A DNA stretch of 64,000 bases from Macrostomum hystrix (Eukaryota; Animalia; Platyhelminthes), in contig CATNEN010000014.1 in assembly GCA_950097015.1 (NCBI GenBank), positions 1,240,001-1,304,000 of the forward strand, given 5' to 3'. The notes under the pieces are model-generated. The model had not been told where the DNA came from. It saw only the letters and a program-made list of their open reading frames with translations, and searched no databases. Made by a program: the position numbers and the translations under genes. This document shows positions 12,301 to 25,295 of the stretch, piece after piece. Positions within the stretch are counted from its first letter, which is position 1. Every line of letters starts with the position of its first letter.

Positions 12301-14051
12301 GTCCCAGGTGCCTAGGGAGCTTGCAGCCCGATGGTTAGAGCTAGAGACTGACCGAGAGGTCCGGAGTTCGATTCTCAGCCAAAGGTAAGATATTTGTCCT
12401 ACTTCCCTTGACACTGACACTTCATTTCCTAGTGCTTCAGTTCACCCAAGTGTAAAATGGCTACCAGGATTTACTGCTAGCATATGGGTGGATGGGTACA
12501 ACTTTTCTTGTGCTGTTGCCGCCTCCCCAGTCCACAGACAGAACAGCTGTACGCAGTCTTCGGGAACGTTCAAACTGGGCTATTATAATAATTGCAGGAG
12601 GGCTGCGGGCAATGGCACGTCATTTGCTGACACTGGACCCGCAGCCAGCGACGAGGCGATTCTGCCCATTTCGCTGACTCCTGAGCACGCACGCACACAT
12701 ACCGTACGCACACACTGACACATGTGTACATCTGCCCCGACTTTCTCACCCCAAACCTTCTCTCCGCGGCTGCGCCCCAATTTAATGTGGCCTCGCCGCG
12801 GACTCGAGCTCAGGGGCCTTGGTGCGGGAGGCAAACGCGTTAAGCGCTCTGCCACTCAGCCCCTAAACTGGCTGTTGGTGATTTCATCTCTGTTATCTCT
12901 ATCTTGAGATTCGCAGGTTCGTGAAGATAACGCCGAGATCGGCACAATGGAGCGGCAGGCGCAGGAGGCGCTGGCCCGCCTTTCGGAAGTGCAGGCGGAG
13001 ACCCGCGCCACGGAGCAGGAGATCGAGGAGACCTCCGGGCAGCGGTCGCAGCAGTACCGCGAGCTGCGCAAGCGCGAGGAGCAGATGGATGGCTTCCTGA
13101 ACGACTACGATCGGCTGGCCGCGGCCGAGAAGGCGGTGCTGACGGAGCGGGAGCGCCAGGTTGTCGACCTACTGGACAGCTTGTCGCGTGGCGTCGCCTT
13201 GGCAACCACGGCCGGGGCAGCCAAGCTGCCGACTGAGACGGAGCTGCGCGCGATGCGCGAGCAGTTGAGCTTCAAGACGGGCGAGCGGGACCGCGCCGAC
13301 GCCACGGTGATGGCGCTGGCCGAGAACCACGAGAAGCTGGTCAGGGACGCGGGTAAAATCGACCAGCTGGAGCGCAAGACGGCCGATGAGATCGAAACCC
13401 TGCGGGCGCGCATCGACACTATGCAGCGGGAGCTGGAGAAGTACAGCGATGTCGCCGCGCTGATGCAGGAGGGAGAGGACAAGCGCGAGGAGGTGGGAAC
13501 CCGCTTGGAGTGTCTCCTGGTCTCCCCTGTTCTCCCTCTTCCTCTTCTAGTCCCTGATGTCGGCAAAGAAGTCCCTGACATCCTAGAGCTAGTAGACTAT
13601 GGTGTCCTGGATCAATTCTTTGTCTCTGTACGAGTATTCCTGACGCCATAGATCTAGAAGTCCCAGCTATAGTCCCTGTTCTTTTAGATATGATGTTCTA
13701 TGTCCAGTAGTCCCCGAGCGTCCAACCCGCCCTCCACCGCAGCTGGGCCGGCAGCGCCACACCCTCTCGAGCCGGCGGGACCGCATGAAGCGGCTCATCC
13801 GCAGCCTGGAGCGCGAGTGCGACGCCCGCAGGCGCGAGCTGGCGGACAACGAGACGCACGCCCAGCTGGCCAATCTCGAGCGCAAGTGGCAGCACCAGGA
13901 GCAGAACAATTTCGTGCTGCGCGAGTTCGTGGCCAGCAAGATGGCCGAGTCCGACACCTCGCTGGTGTCCGGGAAGGCGCTGTCGCTGGCGCTGAACCTG
14001 AACGGCCGCCTGGTGGAAAATGCATCCAAGCAGCAGCACCGACTGAGCTGA
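9328..14051 (+). CDS. IFT74: Intraflagellar transport protein 74 (complete, ~576 aa)
   Basis: Exons 9328-9438, 9561-9794, 11217-11414, 11919-12221, 12917-13492 and 13743-14051, all phase 0 GT-AG. Diagnostic motifs DRPITQQGLGGMK, DKSYYLGLLRS, LQGQLAD, and NETHAQLANLERKWQHQEQNNF...EF. Confidence 0.95.
9885..10227 (-). mobile_element. tRNA-derived SINE, copy 2 (IFT74 intron 2)
   Basis: Colinear with copy 1. Degenerate 13-bp TSD CAGGGCACGACAA (9872-9884) / CAGGGCGCTACAA (10228-10240). Confidence 0.85.
11440..11885. repeat. ~17-bp minisatellite (AGAGTGACAGAGGCAAC)n in IFT74 intron 3
   Basis: Tandem array with 9-bp sub-duplications. Confidence 0.95.
12581..12863 (-). mobile_element. tRNA-derived SINE, copy 3 (internal ~70-bp deletion; IFT74 intron 4)
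   Basis: Same head and tail as copy 1, but jumps from CTTTCTCA to CCCCAA. AAACTGG(G)CT on both flanks. Confidence 0.8.
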
Positions 14052-14629
14052 TCAGCTGCGGCCTCTTTAACTCACCGAATCGCATGCTCGGCCCCGCCTG
14101 GCAACCGAGTCCTTAGTAAAGAGTTTAAAATGACTGACCCAATATAGGAAAATTCTAAGAAAACGCGGGTTCTCTGTGAAAAATTAATTCTTTTTCAGCT
14201 TCCTAAATTTTCGCAGAAATTTCGCTTTAGATCAAAAGTTTTTTGTCCCGAAAATAGTTTTTCCATGTCAGAAACTCCTTGTTGCTTTTGTTTTCTATTA
14301 TTTCTGTCGAGTGGTTTCGCCCTTCCTGCCGCTGAGTTGTGCTTCCTTCCGCGCTTCCTAAACTTTTCGAAATATTTTTAGACCGCAAAAGCCTGGCGGG
14401 CATGCCCGCGGGCTGGCGGGCGGCCAATGATATAAATCGGTTTACGTAATGTATGCATTCTTGCTCGTGTATAAACATGAGAGAACTGACATACGAGTGC
14501 CAACTTGAGCTTATGTGAGTTCCTATCGCAAATTAGTCATGAATGAAGTATTTTAGAACAATTTAGAACACATTAAAATTTAATGTCTTTACATTACTCG
14601 TACTTTGGATGCTAAATTAAGGCAACCGC

Positions 14630-15105
14630 CTTCGTATAGCAACAGGGATTCTCCTTGGATACAGAACTGCTCAGTATATCTCCTTGGATACCGAGACAAT
14701 AGGGATTCTCCTTCAATACAGAGACAAAAGGGGTTTTCCTTGGATGCCGATGCGTGGATACTGAGGCGATAGGGAATCGCCTTGAATACTGAGGCAATAG
14801 GGATTCCCCTTGGATACCGAGGCAACAGGATTCTCCTTGGATACCGAAGCGATAGGGAATCGCCTTGAATACTGAGACAACAGAGGTTCTCCAGGGATAC
14901 CGAGGTAACAGGGATTCTCCTTGGATACCGAGGCAACATAGTTTCTCCTTGGATACAGAGGCAACAGGGATTCTCATTGGATACCAAGGCAACAGGGATT
15001 CTCCTTGGATACCGAGGCAACAGAGGTTCTCCTTGGATACCAAGGCAACAGGGATTCTCCTTGGATACCGAGGCAACAGAGGTTCTCCTTGGATACCGAG
15101 GCAGC
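14630..15105. repeat. 28-bp minisatellite (GGGATTCTCCTTGGATACCGAGGCAACA)n between IFT74 and PTPRN 3' ends
   Basis: Tandem periodicity of 28 bp (e.g. 14967, 14995). Confidence 0.92.
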
Positions 15106-15677
15106 ACGGGTTTTCCGAGAACGATTATAGTATCTACAGGGAATTTCCCTGCTAAGGGATTAACACATGTAAACTAGCAGTTAGTCATGACGTTTATATT
15201 CTCAAATTAACGGCGCCTTTAACAAAACCAGCTCTGCAAAAAGCTGCGAACAGAAAATTTATGAAAACGATTTGTTCTTCACAACAGCTCGCAGAACAGA
15301 TGGGAATTTTAATGGCGAACCAAAATGCTAAAATATAATGAACAGATGAGCAAGGACTGTTGCAATATTACTCGGATATGATGACTGCATGGCTACTAGC
15401 ACAACAGCTCGTGAGATTGTTGACGCAGGCTTAGCTATAGAGTATTGATTAAAGCCTTAAGAAATGTGACACCAGGAATGCAGATTGATGTGAAAATGTT
15501 GGAATCTGCTTCAGCTACGTGAACTTACTGACCTTTGGGTTGACTGTTTTTAATAATGAGGCTGACACCAAAAACACAACAGCAACAGTAAAAAGCACGC
15601 AATATTCACTACTGAGTCAGTCCGGATAAGTAGGATTGTCAGCGCATTGCAGTCGGAACTTGTGCTGAAATTGTCAC

Positions 15678-18600
15678 TCACTGGGGCAGCGAGGCCAACA
15701 CCGCTGCGAGTTCGTCCGCCACCGCTGAGAACACGAACTCAAACTGCTCCTGCGGGCGACGGAAAGTAGACAGCTCAGTGTCTACCTACCAGTCTGTCTA
15801 CTAATCTGTATCAATGCCTGTCTGCCATGAATGACACATGACAGTCGGGGAGAATGGCACATGGCAGTCAGGGAGAATGGCACATGACAGTCAGGGAGAA
15901 TGGCACATGACAGTCGGGGAGAATGGCACATGACAGTCGGGGAGAATGGCACATGACAGTCGGGGAGAATGGCACATGACAGTCGGGGAGAATGGCACAT
16001 GACAGTCGGGGAGAATGGCACATGACAGTCGGGGAGAATGGCACATGACAGTTAGGGAGAATGGCACATGACAGTCGGGGAGAATGGCACATGCCAGTCG
16101 GGGAGAATGGCACATGACAGTCGGGGAGAATGGCACATGACAGTTAGGGAGAATGGCACATGACAGTCGGGGAGAATGGCACATGACAGTCGAGGAGAAT
16201 GGCACATGACAGTCGGGGAGAATGGCACATGACAGTCGAGGAGAATGGCACATGACAGTCGGGGAGAATGGCACATGACAGTTAGGGAGAATGGCACATG
16301 ACAGTCGGGGAGAATGGCACATGACAGTCGGGGAGAATGGCACATGACAGTCGGGGAGAATGGCACATGACAGTTAGGGAGAATGGCACATGACAGTCGG
16401 GGAGAATGGCACATGACAGTCGAGGAGAATGGCACATGACAGTCGGGGAGAATGGCAGTCAGGAACTCACCTCGCTCTCGACCAGCCCCGGCCGCTGATC
16501 CCGAAGGTGCTCAAGTGCAACCGCCAGCGAAACCTCCTTGAGGCTGCCGAAGGGCCCGACGCCGAAGCTGCAGATGCGGGCGAGTGTGGAGTCCAGCAGG
16601 CAGTAGGCGCCGGACCGACCGGCACCGTCACTGCAATGACGATATCGATAATCAATAAATGGATCCGGTGGGCGGAATGTATTGAAAGTGGCTCTCACCT
16701 GCAGTGGACGATGAGTGGCGAACCGCGGCTCCTGTAGGACTTGTTCACCTTCCTGCGATTATAGTCAGAGGATGAGATTTTCAGAGCAATTATAGTCAGA
16801 GGATGAGATTGTCAGTGCAATTATAGTCAGAGGATGAGATGTGGGAGAGACAGAGACAGGGGGAGTGAGGGGTGGGGCAGTCAGGGGTGGGGCAGTCAGA
16901 GGTGGGGCAGTCAGGGGTGGGGCAGTCAGGGGTGGGGCAGTCAGGGGTGGGGCAGTCAGCGGTGGGGCAGTCAGGGGTGGGGCAGTCAGAGGTGGGGCAG
17001 TCAGCGGTGGGGCAGTAAGGGGTGGGGCAGTAAGGGGTGGGGCAGTCAGGGGTGGGGCAGTAAGGGGTGGGGCAGTAAGGGGTGGGCAGTCAGGGGTGGG
17101 GCAGTCGCTCACCTCCTGAAGTCCAGCAGGCTGAGTGTGGTTGGTGGCAGTCCACCATCCTGCCAGCTGAGGTAGTGGAACTGTGTGACAGTCCTGGGGG
17201 GTCCCGGCAGGCTTTGATGTTTGCCGCTGTTGCTGAGGCGCACCCGGAGGCTCCGAATGACAAAGTGATCGCAGCAGAAGTGCTCGGAGACCAGGTGCAC
17301 CTGAGGGTTGAAATGAGACACCTGTTTTAAAGCAGCAACTGAGCAGCAACTGAGCAGCAACTGAGCAGCAACTGAGCAGCAACTGAGCAGCAACTGAGCA
17401 ACAACTGAGCAGCAACTGAGCAACAACTGAGCAGCAACTGAGCAACAACTGAGCAACAACTGAGCAGCAACTGAGCAGCAACTGAGCAGCAACTGAGCAG
17501 CAACTGAGCAGCAACTGAGCAGCAACTGAGCAGCAACTGAGCAGCAACTGAGCAGCAACTGAGCAACTGAGCAACAACTGAGCAGCAACTGAGCAGCAAC
17601 TGAGCAGCAACTGAGCAGCAACTGAGCAGCAACTGAGCAGCAACTGAGCAGCAACTGAGCAACAACTGAGCAGCAACTGAGCAGCAACTGAGCAACAACT
17701 GAGCAGCAACTGAGCAACAACTGAGCAGCAACTGAGCAACAACTGAGCAACAACTGAGCAGCAACTGAGCAGCAACTGAGCAGCAAGTGAGCAGCAACTG
17801 AGCAGCAACTGAGCAGCAACTGAGCAGCAACTGAGCAGCAACTGAGCAGCAACTGAGCAACTGAGCAACAACTGAGCAGCAACTGAGCAGCAACTGAGCA
17901 GCAACTGAGCAACAACTGAGCAGCAACTGAGCAGCAGCTGAGCAGCAACTGAGCAGCAACTGAGCAACTGAGCAGCAACTGAGCAGCAACTGAGCAACTG
18001 AGCAGCAACTGAGCAGCAACTGAGCAGCAACTGAGCAGCAACTGAGCAGCAACTTGAAGCCTCTCATTATTATTTTTCGTACTTGCAAAGTCATCATTAA
18101 GGCTGAGCAGGTGAGTGAAGATGAGAATCAAACGGCATTAAAAACCTGTCTTCCCGAGCTAGTGTATCAGATATGAGAGCTTCTGAAAAGAAATGTTAAA
18201 CACGACTTCAAAGGGAAGTACATGATTTTCCAGTATTGAATTTTGTTTCTAAAGACTCCTCAGCAAAGATGAGCTCTTTTGAGATTCGGGGTTCTGTCTG
18301 GGGTACTCATCCACGGCCGAAAAGGAAAGAAAAAAATTAGAAGGCTAAAATAATTTGTCAAAGCCTGTGAGTAGACAACTCAAGATGTTATTTCAGTGAA
18401 GCAAAAAACTCAATTAAAAAGACAGCCATAAATTTCACAACCCGAATTTTCCGATCGTAATCTTGACTATAAATATCAAAACTAAACTGAAGTCTAAATT
18501 CTAAAAGTCTAAATATGAAAATAAAAATCCTAAGTCTAAAGTTCGAAATCATATATCTATGAAATTCTGATCCTCAATAAAAAAAATCCGAATCCCAAAC

Positions 18601-21600
18601 GTAAAATCCTGCAATTTCCGAATCAAAAAATCCGAAATAGAATATGCCAATCCTGATTCTACAAGCCATAAAACCCGATAAAGCTTCTGGTCCCAAAGTC
18701 ATAAATCAAATTCATAAACCAAAACCAAAAATCAAAACCATAAATCAAAACGATAAATCAAAACCATAAAGCAAAACCATAAATCAAAACCATAAATCAA
18801 AACCATAAATCAAAACCATAAATCAAAACCATAAATCAAAACAATAAATCAAAACCATAAATCAAAGTCATAAATCAAAACAATAAACCAAAACAATAAA
18901 CCAAAACAATAAATCAAAGTCATAAACCAAAACAATAAATCAAAACCATAAATCAAAACCATAAATCAAAACCATAAATCAAAACCATAAATCAAAACCA
19001 TAAATCAAAACCATAAATCAAAACCATAAATCAAAACAATAAATCAAAACCATAAATCAAAGTCATAAATCAAAACAATAAACCAAAACAATAAATCAAA
19101 ACCATAAATCAAAGTCATAAATCAAAAACATAAATCCAAACCATTAATCAAAATCCAAACCAAAAAACCCAACGCCTGAAATCCCGAGCTCGTTCCGCAG
19201 CCGCGAGTCGCACCTGGAAGTCGCCGAAGACGCCGCAGCCGCGCTCCGGCCAGTAGTCGGGCGAGTCGGGCTCCCTGGCCTGCGCCAGGCTGACGATGCC
19301 GGACGCGCCGGTCTGCCACACGAGTCGCCAGAAGTCGGCCTGGGTGTCGGGCAGCGGGCTCTGCGTCAGGACGTAGTGGCCGCCGAAGCCGCGGCAGCCG
19401 CGGTCGCAGACGAGGCTCGCATTGATGTAGTCGGAGCTGTCGGGATCTTCGACAGAGGCGGAGGCGACGGGCTGCAGGCGGACTCGCGACTTGTCGTCTG
19501 TTGTTTGGGGAAATGGGACATTTAGGGGAGAAATATTTTTAGCGCAACCGCTTTTCGAATTCGCATTCAGCACTCTGAAGATTCTGAGCTCAAATTCACA
19601 GCGATCGTGGCTGCACCCTGAAGATTCTGAGCTCAAATTCACAGCGATCGTGGCTGCACCCTGAAGATTCTGAGCTCAAATTCACAGCGATCGTGGCTGA
19701 GTCCCTAGCGACGAAGGCTGAAAGTTGAGCTGTCGAATTGCTGCTCAACCGAACTTGGGATCGGATGATAATGGGAGAAAAATCCTAATCCGACCAGGGA
19801 CCGGATTATCGACGTTCTGCTCAAAGTTCGGGATTAATTATCTGAGTTGCTGAGGGCTGCGGGGGGATGAAAAATTCCAGCTGACTGCACCGGCGCGGGC
19901 GGAAAATTGGGATGGAGAGACCCAGACGGCAGATTTCTTGTTACCTCAGCCCGTGCGAAGTTTGAGTACTTAAGGCGTGCTCGATCGGAGAGCCAGTAAA
20001 TTTGGGGTCAGGAAAAGAGCGTCAGGGTGGGAGAGTCAGGGTGGGAGAGTCAGGGTGGGAGAGTCAGAGGTTTGGAGAGTCAGAGGTTTGGAGAGTGAGA
20101 GGGTGGGAGAGTCAGAGGGTGGGAGAGTCAGAGGGTGGGAGAGTCAGAGGGTGGGAGAGTCAGAGGGTGGGAGAGTCAGAGGGTGGGAGAGTCAGAGGGT
20201 GGGAGAGTCAGAGGTTTGGAGAGTCAGAGGTTTGGAGAGTGAGAGGGTGGGAGAGTCAGAGGGTGGGAGAGTCAGAGGGTGGGAGAGTCAGAGGGTGGGA
20301 GAGTCAGAGGGTGGGAGAGTCAGAGGGTGGGAGAGTCAGAGGGTGGGAGAGTCAGAGGGTGGGAGAGTCAGAGGGTGGGAGAGTCAGAGGGTGGGAGAGT
20401 CAGAGGGTGGGAGAGTCAGAGGGTGGGAGAGTCAGAGGGTGGGAGAGTCAGAGGGTGGGAGAGTCAGAGGGTGGGAGAGTCAGAGGGTGGGAGAGTCAGA
20501 GGGTGGGAGAGTCAGAGGGTGGGAGAGTCAGAGGGTGGGAGAGTCAGAGGGTGGGAGAGTCAGAGGGTGGGAGAGTCAGAGGGTGGGAGAGTCAGAGGGT
20601 GGGAGAGTCAGAGGGTGGGAGAGTCAGAGGGTGGGAGAGTCAAAGGGTGGGAGAGTCAGAGGGTGGGAGACTGAGAGTCAGAGGGTGGGAGAGTCAGAGG
20701 GTGGGAGAGTCAGAGGGTGGGAGAGTCAGAGGGTGGGAGAGTCAGAGGGTGGGAGAGTCAAAGGATGGGAGAGTCAGAGGGTGGGAGACTGAGAGTCAGA
20801 GGGCGGGAGAGTCAGAGGGTGGGAGAGTCCGAGGGTGGGAGAGTCAAAGGGTGGGAGAGTCAGAGGGTGGGAGACTGAGAGTCAGAGGGTGGGAGAGTCA
20901 GAGGGTGGGAGAGTCAAAGGGTGGGAGAGTCAGAGGGTGGGAGACTGAGAGTCAGAGGGTGGGAGAGTCAGAGGGTGGGAGAGTCAGAGGGTGGGAGAGT
21001 CAGAGGGTGGGAGAGTCAAAGGGTGGGAGAGTCAGAGGGTGGGAGACTGAGAGTCAGAGGGTGGGAGAGTCAGAGGGTGGGAGAGTCCGAGGGTGGGAGA
21101 GTCAAAGGGTGGGAGAGTCAGAGGGTGGGAGACTGAGAGTCAGAGGGTGGGAGAGTCAGAGGGTGGGAGAGTCCGAGGGTGGGAGAGTCAAAGGGTGGGA
21201 GAGTCAGAGGGTGGGAGACTGAGAGTCAGAGGGTGGGAGAGTCAGAGGGTGGGAGAGTCAAAGGGTGGGAGAGTCAGAGGGTGGGAGACTGAGAGTCAGA
21301 GGGTGGGAGAGTCAGGGCAAAGCCGACTCACATGGCAGCCTGTCAGGTCGCCGGTTCTTGCTGGTATTTTCGGGCCGTCTGGCTGCGCTGAACAGCCGCT
21401 GGTCGTCAGTCGGCAGAGGGTGGGAGAGTCAGAGGGTGGGAGAGTCAGAGGGTGGGAGAGTCAGAGGGTGGGAGACTGAGAGTCAGAGGGTGGGAGAGTC
21501 AGAGGGTGGGAGAGTCCGAGGGTGGGAGAGTCAAAGGGTGGGAGAGTCAGAGGGTGGGAGACTGAGAGTCAGAGGGTGGGAGAGTCAGAGGGTGGGAGAG

Positions 21601-23222
21601 TCAAAGGGTGGGAGAGTCAGAGGGTGGGAGACTGAGAGTCAGAGGGTGGGAGAGTCAGAGGGTGGGAGAGTCAAAGGGTGGGAGAGTCAGAGGGTGGGAG
21701 ACTGAGAGTCAGAGGGTGGGAGAGTCAGGGCAAAGCCGACTCACATGGCAGCCTGTCAGGTCGCCGGTTCTTGCTGGTATTTTCGGGCCGTCTGGCTGCG
21801 CTGAACAGCCGCTGGTCGTCAGTCGGCAGCACATGACGGGCCGCCTCCTGCAGCTCATCCCACTCCTCGCGCAGCTTCTGCTTGTCGGCAAGGTGCGACT
21901 CCATGTAGTCCTGGGCGGGCAGAGTGAGGTGGTTGATTTCACAATTCCATGATGCCAGGGATTTCCTCAGGTGATACACATTATTTATAGTTGTTATTGC
22001 TAGGGGATTCCGTCAGGTGATACACATTATTTATATTTGTTATTGCTAGGGGATTCCGTCAGGTGATACAGATGCCTCACGGTTGTTGCCAGCGGATTGC
22101 GTCAGGTGATAAAGATTTCTTACAGCTTTCGCTAGGGCGTCCTTTTTTGGTAATTCACGATTCCCATGGATTTTTCTGCTAAGAAAATTTCGCTGCTCGG
22201 CCGTTGCTAGGCTGTAGAGCCATTCAAATCCCAAGAGCTGCTCACCAAGATGACGTGAGCAGTCCGAATGTCAAGGTCGGCGCGCACCGGCTCCTGCCAC
22301 CTGAGGTGATGGGAAAACAGAGGGAATCATTGCTTCTTTTTGAATCCCATAGAAGAAAATCTAAGCCACGCCATCAGCCACGTCAACTATTTTGGGCAAT
22401 TCCTAGAAACGCCCTTACAGGAAGCACAACTTAAGAAGGGACGGCAAGGGAAAAAAGAAGAAACACCTCAGGCAGCTCAAGCTTAGAGTTTTCGCTTTAT
22501 TAGCTGCAGGAAATAAATCAAGCACATAATTGGATGTGAGGGCCTAGATCGATATGCTTGAAATTCTAGTCTTTGAAATTTCTTATCCCGATTTTTATGT
22601 CCTCTAAAACCTTACGAGACCATTTTAATAAGCATAAATTCCCATATAAAAACCTACGCGTACCCACCTCTCCTCCGCGTAACCACCTCTCCACCGCGTA
22701 CCCACCTCTCCACCGCGTACCCACCTCTCCTCCGCGTAACCACCTCTCCTCCGCGTACTTAAGATTTGGCCCCATTTTCGCACGACACGCCTTGCACTGC
22801 CTTCACCTTGAATTTAAAATGACCAGATCAGAACCGCGACCCCACGAGCAACCGTCTGGATCGTCGCGAACTATGAGCCTCAACTCCAGTTGCTGCTTGT
22901 GCTGCTGATACAGGCTAAGCGGTGGCGATGGCTGATGCTGTGGAGTCTCCGAGGTGCCGTCGGCCAGGAGCAGCGATGACTCGTCCGCCTCGTCAACTGG
23001 GAGGCCAGAGTCGCTCGACTTGCAGTCTCCGGCCACCAATCCCGACGTTGTCACGTCGGCTATGCCTCCAGACGCAGCATTGGCGACGTCGCTGCCTGCC
23101 TTCGCCTGCGTGTTATCGGCGACGGCAGCTGCCGAGGTCGACGACGCGAAGCTCAACAGTCGGTCGAAGTCAAAGTCCGTGGAGAAAATCGATTGCAGCA
23201 TCGCCGAATCAGGGCTATCAAC
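15678..23222 (-). CDS. PTPRN2: IA-2/phogrin family receptor-type tyrosine phosphatase-like protein (PTPRN/PTPRN2 family), cytoplasmic portion; 5' exons unresolved
   Basis: Phase-consistent exons 23222-22807, 22300-22246, 21910-21745, 19497-19214, 17300-17113, 16752-16699, 16630-16471 and 15749-15678. They give [92 protein letters not shown] and [23 protein letters not shown], which match the IA-2/phogrin C-terminus. The symbol marks the family; one invertebrate gene corresponds to both PTPRN and PTPRN2. Confidence 0.92.
15832..16455. repeat. 23-bp minisatellite (CACATGACAGTCGGGGAGAATGG)n, ~27 copies, PTPRN last intron
   Basis: Near-perfect tandem array ending ~15 bp from the donor at 16470. 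Confidence 0.97.
16860..17105. repeat. 15-bp G-rich minisatellite (GGGGCAGTCAGGGGT)n in PTPRN intron
   Basis: Tandem array abutting the donor at 17112. Confidence 0.95.
17333..18052. repeat. 11-bp minisatellite (AGCAGCAACTG)n in PTPRN intron
   Basis: ~65 tandem units; source of the spurious [11 protein letters not shown] ORFs. Confidence 0.97.
18715..19135. repeat. 13-bp minisatellite (AAATCAAAACCAT)n in PTPRN intron
   Basis: Tandem array. Confidence 0.95.
20025..21727. repeat. 16-bp minisatellite (GGGTGGGAGAGTCAGA)n, ~100 copies, interrupted by a duplicated exon fragment
   Basis: Tandem array with occasional 22-bp variant units; 21315-21416 is a copy of 21728-21829. Confidence 0.97.
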
Positions 23223-23395
23223 CTGAGGACTGGTGGGAGGGGGTGGCGGATCAACCTGAGGACTGGCGGGAGGGGGTGGCGGATCACCTTAGGACTGGCG
23301 GGAGGGGGTGGCGGATCAACCTGAGGACTGGCGGGAGGGGGTGGCGGATCAACCTGAGGACTGGCGGGGAGGGGGTGGCGGATCAACCTGAGGAC
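23222..23395. repeat. 33-bp minisatellite containing the PTPRN splice acceptor, ~5 copies
   Basis: CCTGAG/CCTTAG recurs at 23222, 23255, 23287, 23320, 23353 and 23387. Confidence 0.9.
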
Positions 23396-25295
23396 GGGCG
23401 GGGAGGACTAGGTGGACTAACAGGACTAACATTTTCTCATCTCGCACCCTTGGTCTATAACTCAAGATTTGAGTCGGGTCTGCGAGCATCTATTTTTAGA
23501 CCGCACATCAGTTGGCATGGCAGCCTCAAACTCGCAAAAGTGCACATAAGCTGTCGGTATGCGAAGCTTCTCAGCCTGAGTAGGCTTGCTCCGTTTTGAA
23601 TGAGTTTCGTCAGCTCAGAGTAGACTCAATTGGGGGGTGGTTGTGAAGCCGCACAATCGGTCAAACAAGCAAGCAAGAACTGGGAAAAATACTGACTGCT
23701 CGCGACATAAAATGTAGTTTAGAGAGATAGCAGGCTCATACAACTCACTGACCGCTGAGCAGTGTACTCACGACTCACCTGTGTGGAGAGCCGAGTGGCG
23801 AACTCTAACAATGCTGCAACTGATTAGGCTGTGAATAATTCAGAGTTCAGAGCTGCCTGCGCTGTGAGTGAGCAGTTGTCTCCTCTGGCTCCAACTCAGC
23901 CGCCCGCCTGGCCGCGGCCTTTTCTTCACTTTTGGTGGCGGCGGTGGCGGGCTGCGCGTGTGGGAGGCTCCCCTGGCCTTTCTCTATCTTCCACTTCTCC
24001 TGCCTAAGCGGGCGCCCACCCACCCCACGCCGCCCCTCTAATACTCATTGGGGAGGCGGCTGAGCTAAAAATAGAAACGCTGGGGTGGCGGGCCGGAGGG
24101 TGTGGAAAAGGATTAACTAGAGGCCACAACCGGAGGGGTGAGGCGGGCGAGTGTACACTCGGGGAACTTATACGCGCCCAATGCTATCGGGTTCACTGTT
24201 TGCACTGAGGGAGCGCTGAGCAGCATTGTGTTGGGCTAAGAAGCGAACAAACTCTACACGGACAAGGCTAAGAAAGAGCAGGACCCGCCCTGCCTGTACC
24301 GCCCTCGCTTTTGGGCTCCGCGCATTTTGTCTGCGCGCCTCACATCCGCAACCCGAGTTGGTCTCTGGGCTTGGCACTTCCCTCATTCCCTGCCCCAAAC
24401 CCCAAAGTCTACAGGTTCGCTCCGCCTGCTGCTCCCATGGGATCAGGGCAACTTAGAGACTGCTTCTTGGGAAGGGAGCGCGCACCCAACTTGTGAATGG
24501 GATATTGATTCACAAGTATTTTATCAGAAACAATGTGGAGGCGAAATGAGGACCAAACCAAAAATCAAATGCGGTGTTGACGGAATTAGCAAAATATTAT
24601 TCAGCCATAGTTCCTACTCGGAGGGCGTCCACGCAAATATTTTTGCCCGACGCAAAAAGTGGAAAAAACACAGCTATTGTGCACGACTGGGTCATTCTGT
24701 ATGACTGGGTCATTGTGTATGATTGAGTCATTGTGTATGATTGAGTCATGATGACTGGATCTGGGTGATTCTGGGTAGAGTTTGGGCTGGTTGTGGGTGG
24801 GACTCTAATTATACGGACAATCTCGTAGTGCTCTGCACGAATGGGCTGGAAAGTATAATGAGAAGGTGCTGAAGAACGGATCGAGCGTTCCAGGGTCAGT
24901 TCACGGTGATCGATCTGCCTGGCTTTCAGAAGTAAATTTAACAGCTGATATATATTTTTCTTTACCAACCAGCAGGTAGTTAGTAGTAGCATGCGCGTTT
25001 TATTTAAGAAAAAGTAGCGAAAAGTAGCACAAGGACCTACGTTGCCGTGCCGGAGGTCCCTCCGCCACCGGGGAAATGTTGGCCTCGTCCTCATGCAGCT
25101 GATTAATTTGAACCTCTGCCTGACAGTCTGCGGCTACGTCCCGTTCTGGCGCTGGTGCTGACTGAGCACATCCTTGCGGAAGGCTCGGCGGCCAACACGA
25201 TGTTTAACGTGAGCCCCTCGAGAACAGACTCAATTATCGCTTCATAAATTTATCTCCTAACAATCTGCGGGAATCGAACTCAATGCCAAGCAGGT

